64,000 bases of DNA from Fimbriosthenelais zetlandica (lineage: Eukaryota). Location of the stretch: positions 3,038,001 to 3,102,000 of the forward strand of contig OZ365118.1 in assembly GCA_977030845.1 (NCBI GenBank), in the 5' to 3' direction. The position numbers and the translations under genes were made by a program. Every line of letters begins with the position of its first letter. Position 1 is the first letter of the stretch. Shown one piece after another: positions 1 to 13,200 of the stretch. The notes under the pieces were generated by a model. It had not been told where the DNA came from, searched no databases, and saw only the letters and a list, made by a program, of their open reading frames with translations.

Positions 1-168
1 CCTCCTCCCTCGGGCCACCATCGGATGACGTCATCAAGCGGGGGATCACGTGAGCCACTACCAGCCTATCAGCTGCCCCCTGCTCCGCCGCCTCCTAGTG
101 GCTTCAACCGTCAACAAAACGACGGAGGCGCAGGTCAAGCATGGGCGCTCACCCAGAGAGAATTAGAG
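1..168 (+). CDS. Pcdh: 3' end of an upstream coding exon of a protocadherin-like gene (proximal cytoplasmic segment); 5' part outside window
   Basis: Frame 1 is open from base 1 (PPPSGHHRMTSSSGGSREPLPAYQLPPAPPPPSGFNRQQNDGGAGQAWALTQRELE). It ends at a strong donor GAG|GTGAGT (GT 169-170, phase 0), which joins the phase-0 exon at 6848 in frame. Confidence 0.7.
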
Positions 169-1377
169 GTGAGTACTGGCCATGATAAGCTCTACCCATT
201 ACAGATATCACAGATAACACAAGGCCATCTCCCCACGACCCCCAATAATCACCGCAATCACTTGGTGGTGTCACAATGGCAGAAAAGACGCGATACCAGC
301 CGGCTGTTTGCTGTCTTTGTGCTGGGGAAGCTAAGCAAAACGTTCCCATGGTAATGGCTTATCAGGTGGCAGCGTGATGAATTAGAGAACCCAGTATTCT
401 GGTCTGACACTGATAAGCCAAGTCAATCCGCCATATTTATAAATTGCGTGTATAACATTGAAGAATGGTGTCGGCGAGTAATCACGAGTTTATCGACAGA
501 CATTCATCCCGCACTAAATCATCCTGACCTACTTAACAATTATCTCATCCACGCTGTTTCCCACGCAGAAACAGAAATTAGACAATTCTTGGTGCTTAAA
601 CAAAATGTAGCAATCCATAGCTCATACATTTTTGACGCGGAATCTATTTAGTATTGTTAATAGACAGTCTAGAGGTTGTTTACATGTTTTAATGAGTGAT
701 CATTGTATTTAACTACTCATCCTACAGCATCAGCCCATCTTTCTCTTGATGAAGATCCCCTCCATAACTCCCACCCTTGTATTGTCATCTACCTTGCTTT
801 TATTCCCCACTTATTGGCCATTAATCTTAATTACCACAATAAATATGAAGCGAGGACAGTGTTGGGGGATTATGTATGGATATCCTTGTGTAGGTGACAA
901 TCCCGCCTGTACAATGGCATAAGATGGCTTCTACGATGGGCGTCTATAAAGGGCATAAACACCGGCAAGCCAGGTCTTATTAATCACCGCTTATACCATA
1001 CACTATTGTTTAACCTAATACGTGCATTGTCCGCACGGGGCCCTACACTAATAGATGCAGGACTTTAATTAGTGCAACTTGCCTGAAATCTACATGAAAG
1101 GGGGATGTGGTTTGCACTCTAGGCCTTTCAAAAAAGGTCTATACAGGCATTAAAGTAGGTTTTAGGCGGCAGTCAGCTCTTTGATGGTGTAACAATCACA
1201 CTTCTTCTACCATCAGTTAATCTGTCCATCCGAGATGAAATTATAGCACATCATGTCAGTCGTTTGATAAAAACTTTACCGCTTCCATGGACTCCACCCC
1301 CGGCTTCATGGGCGGAAGTGGAGGGATGATATTAAAGATGACTTCCGGTTAATGTACCAGTCTGCTTGGAGGGGTGT

Positions 1378-1458
1378 GGGGGTAGTGGGGCAGTCTGGGG
1401 GTAGGGAGGCAGTCTGGGGGTAGTGGGGCAGTCTGGGGGTAGGGAGGCAGTCTGGGGG
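1378..1458 (+). repeat. G-rich 19-bp minisatellite, 4 copies alternating A/B variants
   Basis: gggggtagtggggcagtct / gggggtagggaggcagtct in ABAB order, plus a terminal ggggg. Confidence 0.95.
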
Positions 1459-2225
1459 ATGGTACTTTCAATGTTAGACCATCTTGATCATCCAGGGATT
1501 CAGTTCCCAGGTTTTACATGCCCGTATTTTACATCGTCAACTATTTGATTGCATGTATCCTACCAGCTGCACTTTTCCTTCCATCCTAACACCACCCAGG
1601 CACGTATGGCTCCCTTCATCATAAGTTCTCAGTTTTTGTCTTCACTGTTGCTGATAAAATCTAAACCTACAAGTGTAACCACCATAAACGTGCCATCAGA
1701 GATATTAGCCTGGCGTGCGTTTAAACAAATCTAAACACAAGAGACATTATAATGGACAACGGCCATGAGCCAGAAAATCCAATCAACTCCAAACAAGAGG
1801 AGAAAATCAATTTTCCATGAGTTTGTTCCCATTAGGAAGCCATCACTAAGTTGACTAATGAGTTTTCTTGCCTTCTTCATGCATTGTTTCATGTTTCCGG
1901 TCACGTGGCTTTGACCCGGTGACTGGATGGACAGAGCGTGGCTATTCTACTAATAACACACTCCACACACAGCTGGTCAAATGGTCATTGTATCATCCTG
2001 AATTACACCTCATCGTATTTTATCCATCCACCTCCTACATGAGTTGGTTAATGTAAACACTCCCTGCACTTGTCAACCCCCTCCTGCCGCCACCAATATT
2101 GTACCGGTTGATTTATACTTTAATATCCCTCACCACCGGGCCAAATTGGGCGTCAAGGATCGGCCATCTTGTGTCAGAATGATCCTGAATTATCGCTCAC
2201 GGGCTATTGTCATGGCGCTATTGAT

Positions 2226-2239
2226 CCACGAGAGGGCGC
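2226..2239 (+). promoter_or_regulatory. CTCF-like core site, forward orientation
   Basis: CCACGAGAGGGCGC vs consensus CCASYAGRKGGCRS (13/14). A YY1-like CGGCCATCTTG lies at 2161-2171. Confidence 0.5.
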
Positions 2240-4330
2240 CCTTTCTGGAAGAAGAGTAATGAAAATGATGTCGGAGGAATAGGCCACCATCTTGGATGCA
2301 TTTCACGATGGACGGTTTGCAAGGGAAGCCCCCAAGGGGCCTAGACTAGTGAGGCCAATGGAGATCAACTATATCAACAATCTACCTTACATTATCTGAT
2401 GAAATATGGGTTTTAGCGACCCCAGGCTGTGTTCCTCCCCCAGGCTAAACATATATTTAGTATATGTATGCAGCCTATGAATTATTAACAAGTAAGTAGT
2501 GGAAGGCTTGCATGAGATACTGCAACGTAAAAGGTGCTGCAGACTTGGTTCTCTGCTTCTCAACTTTTTTTGTTTGATATCTGGCACATCATAAACTTGA
2601 TTAGACAGTCGTCTGGAAACTTCTATAATAAATAGCCTCAGTGCATCTTTAGTTTTATATATTTTTATCTCCAGCCTTTGTTAATTACATTACTGGTCTG
2701 TTAGCTGTGTTTTTGAGCCTTATATTTTGAATGTGGTAAGAAGTACTGTAGGGAGGATACTTGACGCATATATAGAATATATGGTTGTATTTTATACCCT
2801 CTTACAACCCCCTCTCTACTCCCTATCTCTACCTCTCTAAATATGACAGAAGAAATGTGTGTGTAGCGAATGATAAAAAGTGGAGGGCAATCCTGTTGCA
2901 ATATCGCCGCGACGGTGACATTCTGTTTAGAGTGACAGGCTGTGATGAAATCTGTTTGGCGCTTGGGGGATGAGGAGGGGGAAGGGGTGCAGGGTTAGTG
3001 TTTGGGGTGCCGGGGGAGGGAGGCTGAGGAAAGAGAGAGAAAGATGACCAGCTCCCAATACCCAGTTGTACGCCTGGCCCTTGTCCCCCATCGATTTTTC
3101 ACACACAATTTTGCGGCGCTTCCCCCAGCCAGAAGGTACGTTCCCAGGAGCCCTGCGCCGGGGACAAATGCAGTTGTGCAGACCCGTATGGCGTTTTGAG
3201 ATAAAATATGACATGATAGTAGCCTTTAGCAGGCATGGCAATCCGGTGAGGAAAGTGCTGGAGGACAGGGGGATTGAGTGGCGGATTTAGCCAGGGAAGT
3301 GATGAAGGGACAGGCGACAGAGAGGACAGAAGGACTGATAGGAAAACACATTGAGATGGGTCAAGTCTAGGTAACCAGGCTCTACCATACTCATGTCCCA
3401 CTCCCCAACATTGCTAATAACTCTCTAAAGTGGCCATTAAGATGAGGCAAACACCCAATTACAGATATATCTCTATGTCTCCCGACAGCTATCTATACAG
3501 CCTCCAAATGATGTATCATTATACTCCCCCCCCCCACACCCCTACCCCCTCTCCTGAGCAGACTAGAACAAAAACACTTGATTGCCGACATTCTCGCCTC
3601 AATTTTCGATGTCACAAGTCCACTCCGATTTCTCTCTGATTTTCAATTACCACCGCTAAAGCAGGAGAGTTTTTATGAAAGGCAAGCGTCTCCTTCGCAA
3701 GCTGCGAAGTAATGATTTTCTTAACTAGCGTCATTTTTATGAGACGCAATCAAAGGGTGAATTGTGCGGGACGGGGGTGGGGGCGTTGCGGAAAATACTC
3801 ATTTACATAAAAGCCCCATAGATTGTCTGAAATAGATTCTCCTGTCAGGGATATTGAATATTAGATGCATACTTGCTTCCTGGTTTCACAAGGACCTCAC
3901 CATCTCTCCCTTCATGTCGAGTGACCTCTTTTGATGTGGGATTTTAAAGCCCATAAAATTCCAGCTTTACATCCCTGTTGACATTCTCCTAAAAAGGGTC
4001 AAAATGATTGTAATTTCATGTCACGAATTTCATGGGCTTCTCTAGACAGTGGGGCAAGTGGTGTGGGTTAGTTTACGGGCGGGCATGTCTTTGTGATATG
4101 ACATGTTGGAGGGGTCTATGGGTGGTTTAGTGCCCGCTCTGCCTATACTTGACTCTATGAATGGCCACTGCTGGCGCTCCATGTGTTTGCTTGTCCCTCC
4201 AGAATGCTTTGATTCACAGAAATCAACTGTCAAAGCTTTTCTGAGGCTTGAAACAAAAGCGGAGCAAGTGGACAGGTCTTGACAGTTTTGACCAGTCATT
4301 GTACGCACTCTTGAACAGATGGGAGCGATT

Positions 4331-4344
4331 GTATCCATGGTAAC
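4331..4344. promoter_or_regulatory. RFX X-box-like element
   Basis: GTATCCATGGTAAC matches GTNNCCATGGNAAC. Confidence 0.35.
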
Positions 4345-6410
4345 CGGATTATCTTTTGAGAAAAAGATTTGTGCGTGTGTGGTCATCCATGAGGGGCGGT
4401 GAGTCTATATTGTAATAAGCTGGCAAGTTGTTGGATATTTGTCAGGCCATGTAATGACAGGGGGGCGGGGTAATATGGTTAGGGGTCGGGTTAATGGCCC
4501 CGCTCTGGCAAAGTGGGTGGGCCGCTAAACAAAGAGTGACGAAAAGCCTGCCAACAAATTGGGCGGATTTCACCGCATTTGGCATTCGACCTTCTGCTAG
4601 CATTATGAAAAATATCCAATCTTCCCATGCATACTGAACACTGATATGATTGGAAATATTCCGCTATTCTTTTAGGTCTGAGATTCTGGGATTTGTAATT
4701 TCCGAGATGGATTAGGCTTTGATTGGGGAGTCGGGGCTCGGGTGGGATTCACTTGTGAAAATGGGTGTAGATTATGATGGGGTGGAGGTGGTGGGGGTGT
4801 CAGATAGGGTGGGTTAGGGTTATTAATGAGGCTATCACGAGCTGTGCTCACACCTCCCAGAGGTCATCTATACCGTGCCCACCACATGGCCTGCACAACA
4901 CCCACAAATGATCCAATTACCATGGCAATAGCTGCTAACAAAGAACAATGCCCTACACTAGGATTATCCAAACATTTGGAATGCCTTGACTGATATGAAG
5001 CACTTGGCTATCATTTGATCCTGAACCCCCAACTAATCGCCCTTTAGATGGCCTCATTTGTTTCTCTGTCACTTTGACTACCAACTCGAGTACCCCAACT
5101 ATCTCTCCTTCCTCCTGCTGATCCTCCCTTTCTCCCATCCTTTCTCTTCTCCCTTCCTTTGTGCTCTTTTAATTTCCCCTTTAATTTGTTTCCTCTTTCT
5201 AAAAGAGTGAGGACCTCAATGATAGGAGGATCCATTTGTGTTTATTGTGCCATTGCGTAAAATACGCCTGTCCGTCAATACCTGCTCCAGCCTCAGCTTC
5301 CGCGGCTCCAGCCGAGTGGAAGCCAACAGGATCCAATGGCAGATGTTTAAGCGCACATCAAAGGAGATAATGGAGCATTTTGATATTTCAATTAACTCTG
5401 GAATCAAAGGGAATTTGATTTCTCCGAAGCGAACAGGTCGAGGCTGTGTCAATAAATCCATTAGCTTCGGAGTATGAGATTAATTTTTGGCGGTTTGGGT
5501 TTGATTTGCTTTGCTTTTGACCCATTATGTTTGGGTGACCAGCGTGCTAGCCTGGGAGAATGAGATGTGCTGGATCTCCCAGCAGGCACCTCTAAACACT
5601 GCCCCATCTCCAGCACCATGTGGCCTGGGTGCTTTAATTTAACATGCCACTAGTCACACCAGGTGGCCATGCCCTCATCTCACCAACACCCCGCTTAATC
5701 CGGTGTTTAACATGTTTTGTAGCATGTGAAGTGAGCATGTTGGTGGGTGTAGGGGTGAGCAACTCCCTGCATCATATATCAACTCATTGCCTTGAGCTGA
5801 TTGCCTTTTAACTGACACAATTGACTCAGTGAGTGCCGCATCCAGTCACCAGTTGGTAAATGAATGGTCCATGATCAACCCCCCTCGCTGGCAATCAACA
5901 TATTGGTCATTGTCAGTATTACGTCATATGCATAATGATGAAGTTCCCCCCACCCGGGACTCCAACACCCGGGACTGAGAACAAGAGAAGATGGCACCCA
6001 AAATGTCCTCCTTGGTCGGGCATTGTCCATACATATATACACAGGCGGTACTCATCTAATGGCTGCAAATTGCCGGATTATAGAGGCAGGCGGCTCGGCT
6101 AATGTAATTTGGGATTTGAGCAGTGTGAGGTGTTAGGCTTGGCATAATTATTTCATTTTCCGTCGACTCCCCGGCGGTTTAAGCCGTACCTGTAAGATTT
6201 GATTTGTTAGTTGATGCGCCTCCTCTTTGTATGACAAGGCCAATTCCTGGGGGCAGATTTCTGGTGGAGATTGAGTTCACCATTTCATCTTTCTCGTTAC
6301 CAATCCTCAACTTGTGTTTCTAACGCTGTCATTCAGCAGACTTTCATGAATTCCTGCTGCATTCTTTGCACCTGCCTGTAACCTAATCCACATATTGAAT
6401 GACTTATTCA

Positions 6411-6450
6411 TCCCTCCATTCATCCACTCCTCCCTCCATTCATCCACTCC
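6411..6450 (+). repeat. Perfect 20-bp tandem duplication
   Basis: tccctccattcatccactcc x2. Confidence 0.95.
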
Positions 6451-6847
6451 ATCCCTCTACTTCCCCCATCCTTTCCATATCTTTGTCCACCTTCCACCTC
6501 CCCTGTGCTAATTGAAAGTCTAGTCAAATAAAAACAATTTAGAGCATGTATTCAGATACAAATGGATCAAAGTCACCATTTGAATGAGTTGTTTTGGCTT
6601 AATATGCATTGGTGGGATTTTATACTGGTAATGGTTCGGATCCTAAAGGCCATAGCATTTTACTATCAAGAGTATCGAGTGTCTTTTCCATTGTCTGAAT
6701 CAAGTGCCATCATTTGTGTCATATATACAACTGTTTATCTCCTTACCTGTTTGCCATTACGTTCGTTGTTTGAATGAACAAAAATGAATTTCTGTAAAGT
6801 AACATGATTCTGATATTGAGTGACATTTTATGAATGTTTTTTTACAG

Positions 6848-6989
6848 GTCCACCAGCTCCTTCAGATGCTGAAGCAGGATGGAGATGCAGAGAGCGCCTA
6901 CTCAGGTGAAGGTTCAAACACTGACAGCGGCCGAGGGCCGAGCGAGGAGGGCGAGGTCACCCGACAAACCATCGACCCCCACGAATCAG
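6848..6989 (+). CDS. Pcdh: 142-nt internal coding exon with protocadherin CM1-like motif (VHQLLQMLKQDGDAESAYSGEGSNTDSGRGPSEEGEVTRQTIDPHES+G)
   Basis: Flanked by ttttttacAG and CAG|GTCAGT. DSGRG followed by acidic residues matches the DSG[HKR]G CM1 motif of protocadherin tails. Phase 0 in, phase 1 out, consistent with both neighbouring exons. Confidence 0.85.
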
Positions 6990-7020
6990 GTCAGTTTAAC
7001 TCTAATATTAATTTGTGCTA

Positions 7021-7205
7021 TATTTAATATATACTGCATTTAATATGTATACTGTATTAATATACTGCATTATTTGTACTGTATTTATTTCATGCATTTA
7101 ATATATACTGCATTAAATGTATGCCACATTTTGATGTATATTTTAATGTATGCCACATTTCATGTATGCCACATAATATATACCACATTTGACATATACA
7201 TTTTA
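7021..7205 (+). repeat. AT-rich degenerate minisatellite just after the exon donor
   Basis: Recurrent atatactgcatt and atgtatgccacat units. Confidence 0.8.
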
Positions 7206-10200
7206 ACACATAATATTAAAATCCAACTATCAAACACTTCTTAAATAATTTACAGTTTAAACATAGTTTATGATGCTTTTACATGGTATCATCTTTGACT
7301 ATTGGTCTTCTTATTGTATCTTTGAATGATTTCATTCAATCTCTTTGTATTCACATAATATATTGTATACTTATGCCTTTTCTATATGGTATTCTGGTCA
7401 AAGTTGCCTGTGGTGTCTGGGAAAGGTGGTGGGAAAATTAATGCCCCCAATGTATCGAACTTATAGCTTTCAAATTTGAATATCATTTTGGACATGTTCT
7501 TTGCCTCATAAGGTCCATGTTTAGAGTCCGATTCCTTCTGTTTTTCATCTTGTCTTGTTTAAATCTTTCGTGTCAAAACTTTGAGAGAAAGTTTGAGATC
7601 GTCACATGAGGGACTGATATTTCTCATTCAGAGTACAGGATATCCTGTCACGCAGATTAAGTATCGGCAAGATTAATCATATTAAGCGAGACTCGGAGGA
7701 AATGAAAGAGTTTGGTTCAGATGTTTATTTGTTAAGTCCCTGCAGGACCAGAGGCTTCGGTTAATGATGATTGTGCTGGGGAAGTCCGACTATATATCCG
7801 TACTATAGAACAAAGGGCAAGTTTACCCATAGTGGAACTGAATTATGGACAGCTGATTATGGATGAAAGGGATCTATATGATTAAAGAAGGCCTTAACCT
7901 ATGATCCTGACTACATGCGGGATGCTGATAGGTCAGTAGGAGGCCCATTGATACGGCTATTTTGGGCTGAGATGATTATACACACTAACCTATATTACTC
8001 TATCAGGTATTAGCGAAACATGAAAACAAAGGTTTTTGAGAAGCAGATCTGTTTCCAGGGGATCTATATAATCTTTGGTAAAATAGATTTAGTACGATTT
8101 TACAAACTGGAATTTGTTTATATTATGGTAGGGTTTTCACAATTTCTCCATCAACTTTAGCCATACTTTAAGCCATAGTCATATTTTTATTTAAATTTCC
8201 ATCTTAAATAATAAGGTTCATTCTTAGTTTTTCATGATTTGTTAAAGAGATATTTAGTGCAGTATTAAGGGAAATCTCATGTAAGATCAAGTTGGTTGAT
8301 TTTAGCGTTTGTACTCAGTTTCATGATGAAATCAATATCCCATTGGAAATGGAAACTGCAGAGTACCTCCTCTCCCTCCAATCATCATTAGACTTAAAGC
8401 AATTTACTTCCTTTAAAACTTTCAAAGATTTTAGCTGGCGGCGATTTGAGGCTTACAACTACATATTACTCTCACTGCCTGCTACCTTATTGTCTATCAT
8501 GAATTAATTACCTCACCTTAGATCTGCCTTATAGGCTGAATCAAGAGATGAAGCTTTTTTTCGAAGAAAGTTCAGCTATATTATCACCCAAAGATATTTG
8601 TCTGGGAGCTTTTAGAATATATAAAATAATAGTATCTAGGCAGTGCTGTCTTGTAAGAGCTTAAATCATTGATAATTTATCAAAGAAAGAAGTGAAAGAG
8701 AGAAGTAAAGGTTCCCCATTCTTTGTTTCTTTTAAAGCTATCTTCATGAAAGCGTCACTCTACGTGTAGGAACTCGGTCTTTCCCTTGCCTCGAGCCAGG
8801 AAGTTCTCATATCCTTAACTTAATCCCAATTTCCCTGCACTACTTAAGTCAGAGCCATAGACTGACGCCCCTGTCCATAGACTACTTACAATCCACTCTA
8901 CCTACAGGCTCCACGCACATGTGGATATAATAAGAATGTTGAACATCCACTTTTGTATATTTTCACCAAGATCATTTCCTGCTTTTCTACATTCTCTTGA
9001 CAAGGCCACTGTGTGCTTCTACTGTCCAAGCAACACATCACATGTGTACAAAGGTATGGCCTCAAGTCTGGCCGGGACAAAAGCCATGGCAGGACTGTGT
9101 TTGGGGGGTTGTCTATATGGACCGGGCACGCGAAAGCTTCCAAAGGCAGGCCCAGCCTTTGTGTTGGCTCACAACTGAGCCTGTTGGGATGGGTATTGTA
9201 TACAAATCCCGGACCTAGACTCTCAGACACTGTTATTGGGGCTCCCACACAAATAGCTGTGTGTATATACTCATAGGTGGTGTCCAATAATGGCCCTGCT
9301 CCCTCAGAGCAGACTCTTTTATGGAGTTTTTGCCCCCGTGTCGGAGGCGCCGCTCATGGGTCCGTTATGCGGCAGACGCCTTCTGTCACATTGGTTTATG
9401 AAGCAGCAGGAGTTGCCTCCATACAGACTGGCCTCTATTACAGCCAATGCAATTGGCACGAAACACAGTACACCTAGCCTAATCAATTGCTTTTGGGCTG
9501 GCTGAATGCCTGATACTGATTCCTCCTGGCTGTGTATGTGTGAATGGGGATTACAGCTCAGTAGGCGAGGAACAATATGAACGTTTTTATACTTTATATC
9601 CATATCAACGCGCCAAACACTATATGTGCTGTGGACACTTCTATAAAAGACTAGGCCTGTTTTTTTACTTCTTGCAAAATATTCTCATTCAAAAAGTGTC
9701 TTCCATTCCAATGGAGAGGAAAATGATAGAACACTTAAAGGTCCTCACTTAATGACATTAATGGCAGATAGAGTGCGTTAGTAAAAGGTGCAGCAAGAAA
9801 TTAATGTAGTGAATCCTGAAAACTTCAAATAATTTAGGTCGGGTAAAGATAAGTGACCAAGAGATAGAGAAGGCTTCCTGGTGTGTTCTTGACATTAGAG
9901 ATACCTAGCGAACACTCCTGGTGTAGGATAACCCGCTGAATTACCGGGGAATAGCTTGTGAAGACACACTCTAATTGCTTTTAGATCAGAACCTGGGACA
10001 TGTGATCTGAGGTTGAGCGTCCGGCTCGTTCCTGACCAAGGTGTCCTTGAGTGGGCGAGGAGTGTGGTCAAGAGGGCAGTGTGATAGGGAGTGGGTATGG
10101 TGGACTATCAGGGACAGGCCAGGCAGTTAGCGGCCTACCAGCTTACTGATTGATGAAAGGATTAGGGGAGGCACCCGCCCAACACACAAGACATGGAACA

Positions 10201-13200
10201 CTAGATTTACCCATGACGCATGCGCGTGTGAGAGCGGTATAGAGGGTTTTATTGACAGCTCCCCCCCCCCCCGGTTGCTCCTCTCTCGGGCATTCACCAG
10301 CCCTCTGCCCCTCACCCGGCTTTCCCCTTATCCCCTTCACCCCCAGCCTCATGGTCTATAATATTGTCGCCGAGGCCGTACAAATGCCGCTATTATTCGC
10401 TGTGGAGGTGGCATATTGTCATTGATAATATGATAAACCGAGAGGGACTGTCTCTGAAGCTCTCAGGCTTCATTCAGGCCACTACCAAGGACATGTCCTC
10501 ATTCCATCTGATGAAGTCCAGGCTCCCAGGGAAAAACCAGAAATGTCTGCCCTTACCTCAGACCCTCCTCTATTCCACCACCCTGCCAGTTGCTTCTTCC
10601 TCCATGGTGTTACCATGGAGAGTTGCTATGTGGCGTCATGACATAGGCGTACCAAGAGCACAGGTCTTACTATGCCCAGTGCTTTCAGCCGTCCAGCCTC
10701 CCTGACCCTTTCAGAGTAAGTTTCACTGAGGGAGCACGTGGACTGGGTTCCCCAGGGGTTTAAGCATGTGGTAGTCCCTCTGGGAGGTCCCTATTGAGAC
10801 TGTACCTTTCCCTATACCAGGTCCCAGTCATGCCCAGTCTTGACCCCCTATAATTGACTCAACAACCCTGAATACAAACACAGTATTCCACAATTCGGGG
10901 TAATGCTCTCCATCAAGAAATCCGTCAGTTTAACCATGGTTCTGGCCCCTTTGGATCGACCGCTTACTCTGCCAAGTAGATTGGCTGGTTGGAAGATGGG
11001 TCAGACATCAGAGTCTGCGGAGAACCAACCGCCTCTTTCATGTGGTCTGTAAATATTGGCACAAAACCAATGAGCTGATCTCTTAGCCACAACCGTCCTG
11101 CAGAGTAATACTGGCTTAAAATATCAGCAGTTGGGACCTGTTAATTCCAAACGACATTCTTTGGCTCCGAGGTGCTTTGTCAAGCTGGGAGCCAGAAGGG
11201 TTGGCCTTAATTAGCTAGCTCCCTATAGGCCTGGTACCGCGTGCTCAAAGGGAAGGACCCCAGCCAGAATTAACATGGCTGATGAGGGAAAAATTCTGCA
11301 GGGCATTTGCTGGTTTGCCTGGAGCTGCTGGTAAGGATGGGGCCGCCATTGACCTCTTTAATGTAAGCCTTGATGTATATGTTTATACAGAGTATAGGAG
11401 TTGGTAGAAGGTCCACTTTTAACACATTGTCAAGAACACTCCCGTTGATCTACATGCTCGCTGGCCTGGACAGACTCTTACAAGTCTCATGTAATATTCA
11501 AGACTCGCTTTTGAAATGTGTCCAATACTACAAAGCCTAATCAAGGATATCCCAGACATGTTGGTGTCAGGTTATGAATGGAAGACTTGCTGCTGCAATG
11601 AAAACACAAAACGACGTCCGTCAGGCAAGCAATGACAGAACGTCAGGAATGACGTCAACACTACATGACGTTAGACAAAGGTCGCTCGGTTTGAGGGCTT
11701 CAAGTTTGACCCCCCTGTGGTGTAGGCCAACCTCTGATGACAAGAAAGTTGATTGATCGATTCCCATGGATAATGAATGGAACTCCGGAGGGTTTATCAG
11801 ATTAAGCAAGATTCAGGCCACCTAGGTTGAGGAGTGAAGGACCGGGGGGGTGGGCCCCCTCGACCAGGGCCACCTACCACTGCCCAGGGGGGTCAGAGCA
11901 GCTTTTATCCCAAGTAGAAATGAGCAGCACTCAGGGAACTTGTGATAGCGATCCGACTGATAACTCCTAACATAGATAAGATTGGGGACTGGGGAGTAAT
12001 GAAAATAGATATTGTGGAGGGTGGTGGTGTCGGTGGACATTAACTGTGTGTGAGTTCCACCAGTGAGGGGTTATCAATGCCCGATCCTCCCGCCTAGGGG
12101 GCAGCACACACCAGTACATTACACCTAATGAATGGCACCCAGGAGGCAGCGCGGGGCCCAATGACGAAACCTTAATTGTCACTAGAATCATTCCAAGACT
12201 AAAATACCACCCTCCCTTAAGAGACACGTCATTAGCTGAAAGTTTCCTCTGGCCCCAGAAAACCACAGCAATTTCCCATGTGCTGCTCCCTCAATGAAGA
12301 AGGGAGGCAACATTGATGTGAATTATTCTTACCAAGAGGGCCCTGCTGTAGAAAGCCTTAATTTCTCACAACAAATACAAATGTAAAATCCGGATGAGCT
12401 TGTAAAGTTGAACGTGTCCCATTCATTGCCTTATAGAATCCACTGAGGTTTCCTCGAGAAAAAGCATGGCTGCTCATATTGGTTCATTAATTGGACATTA
12501 TTCAGGACTATCTCTTATTCAGGTCGCAAGCTCATGGCTAAATGCATGAGTCCAGGTCGTCCATTCTCCCCCGGGGCATGACTCATTCAAATAAGAGAGA
12601 TATTTATTCATATGATTTATTGCAGACATCAGGAGGAAACCTGTTGTAATTTGATTCAGATTCTTCAGGATATTTTTTAACAGAACTCGGCCAGAAGTTA
12701 CTGGGATGTTCTGTGACTTGGTGTTTGCCGTGGTCCTAAGCCTGGCCAATCTACATTTGATATGCTAATGGGGGTTCATGAAGACACTGCTACAATGAGG
12801 CATTGCGTGGTCAGTAAGAGGATTGTAGCGTTGAGGGTTAAGACTCGGACATTAGGGCTATTTCTAAACCCAAGCCGCCATTAAAATGCCATCAGGGCGA
12901 CATGAACCTAATGAATTAGGGGATTAGTCCAGTGACAGCCTCAATTTATGGATTCTAAGTCCTCTGAGATTGATATGAACATTTGGTAGTCGGTATTGCC
13001 GTGATAACAGGATCGGGCAGTAAATGATTCAGTGGGGCCCGTGCCCCCTGACCTCTAGGTGGGGGTTGAGGGGGGTTGTATAAATGTCTGTGAATGTTGT
13101 GGTGTGTGGAGGTAGGAGACCAGGGCTGGGCCTGGCAGAGACAGCCATGTCTATGGCTTGTATGGACATGACATTGTGGTCAATAAGTTGGCTGCAGTGC

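Larger units (their letters stand above)
169..6847 (+). other. Intron (6679 bp, phase 0) of protocadherin-like gene
   Basis: GTGAGT donor at 169. Acceptor ...tgttttttacAG at 6846-6847. No long ORF inside. Confidence 0.7.

Noticed and set aside
169-354. Continuation of ORF 25..354 past position 168
   Set aside because: A strong GTGAGT donor at 169 joins in frame to the CM1 exon, so the remainder is better read as intron.
5609-5620. REST/RE1-like half site TCCAGCACCATG
   Set aside because: The right half (GGACAG) is missing.
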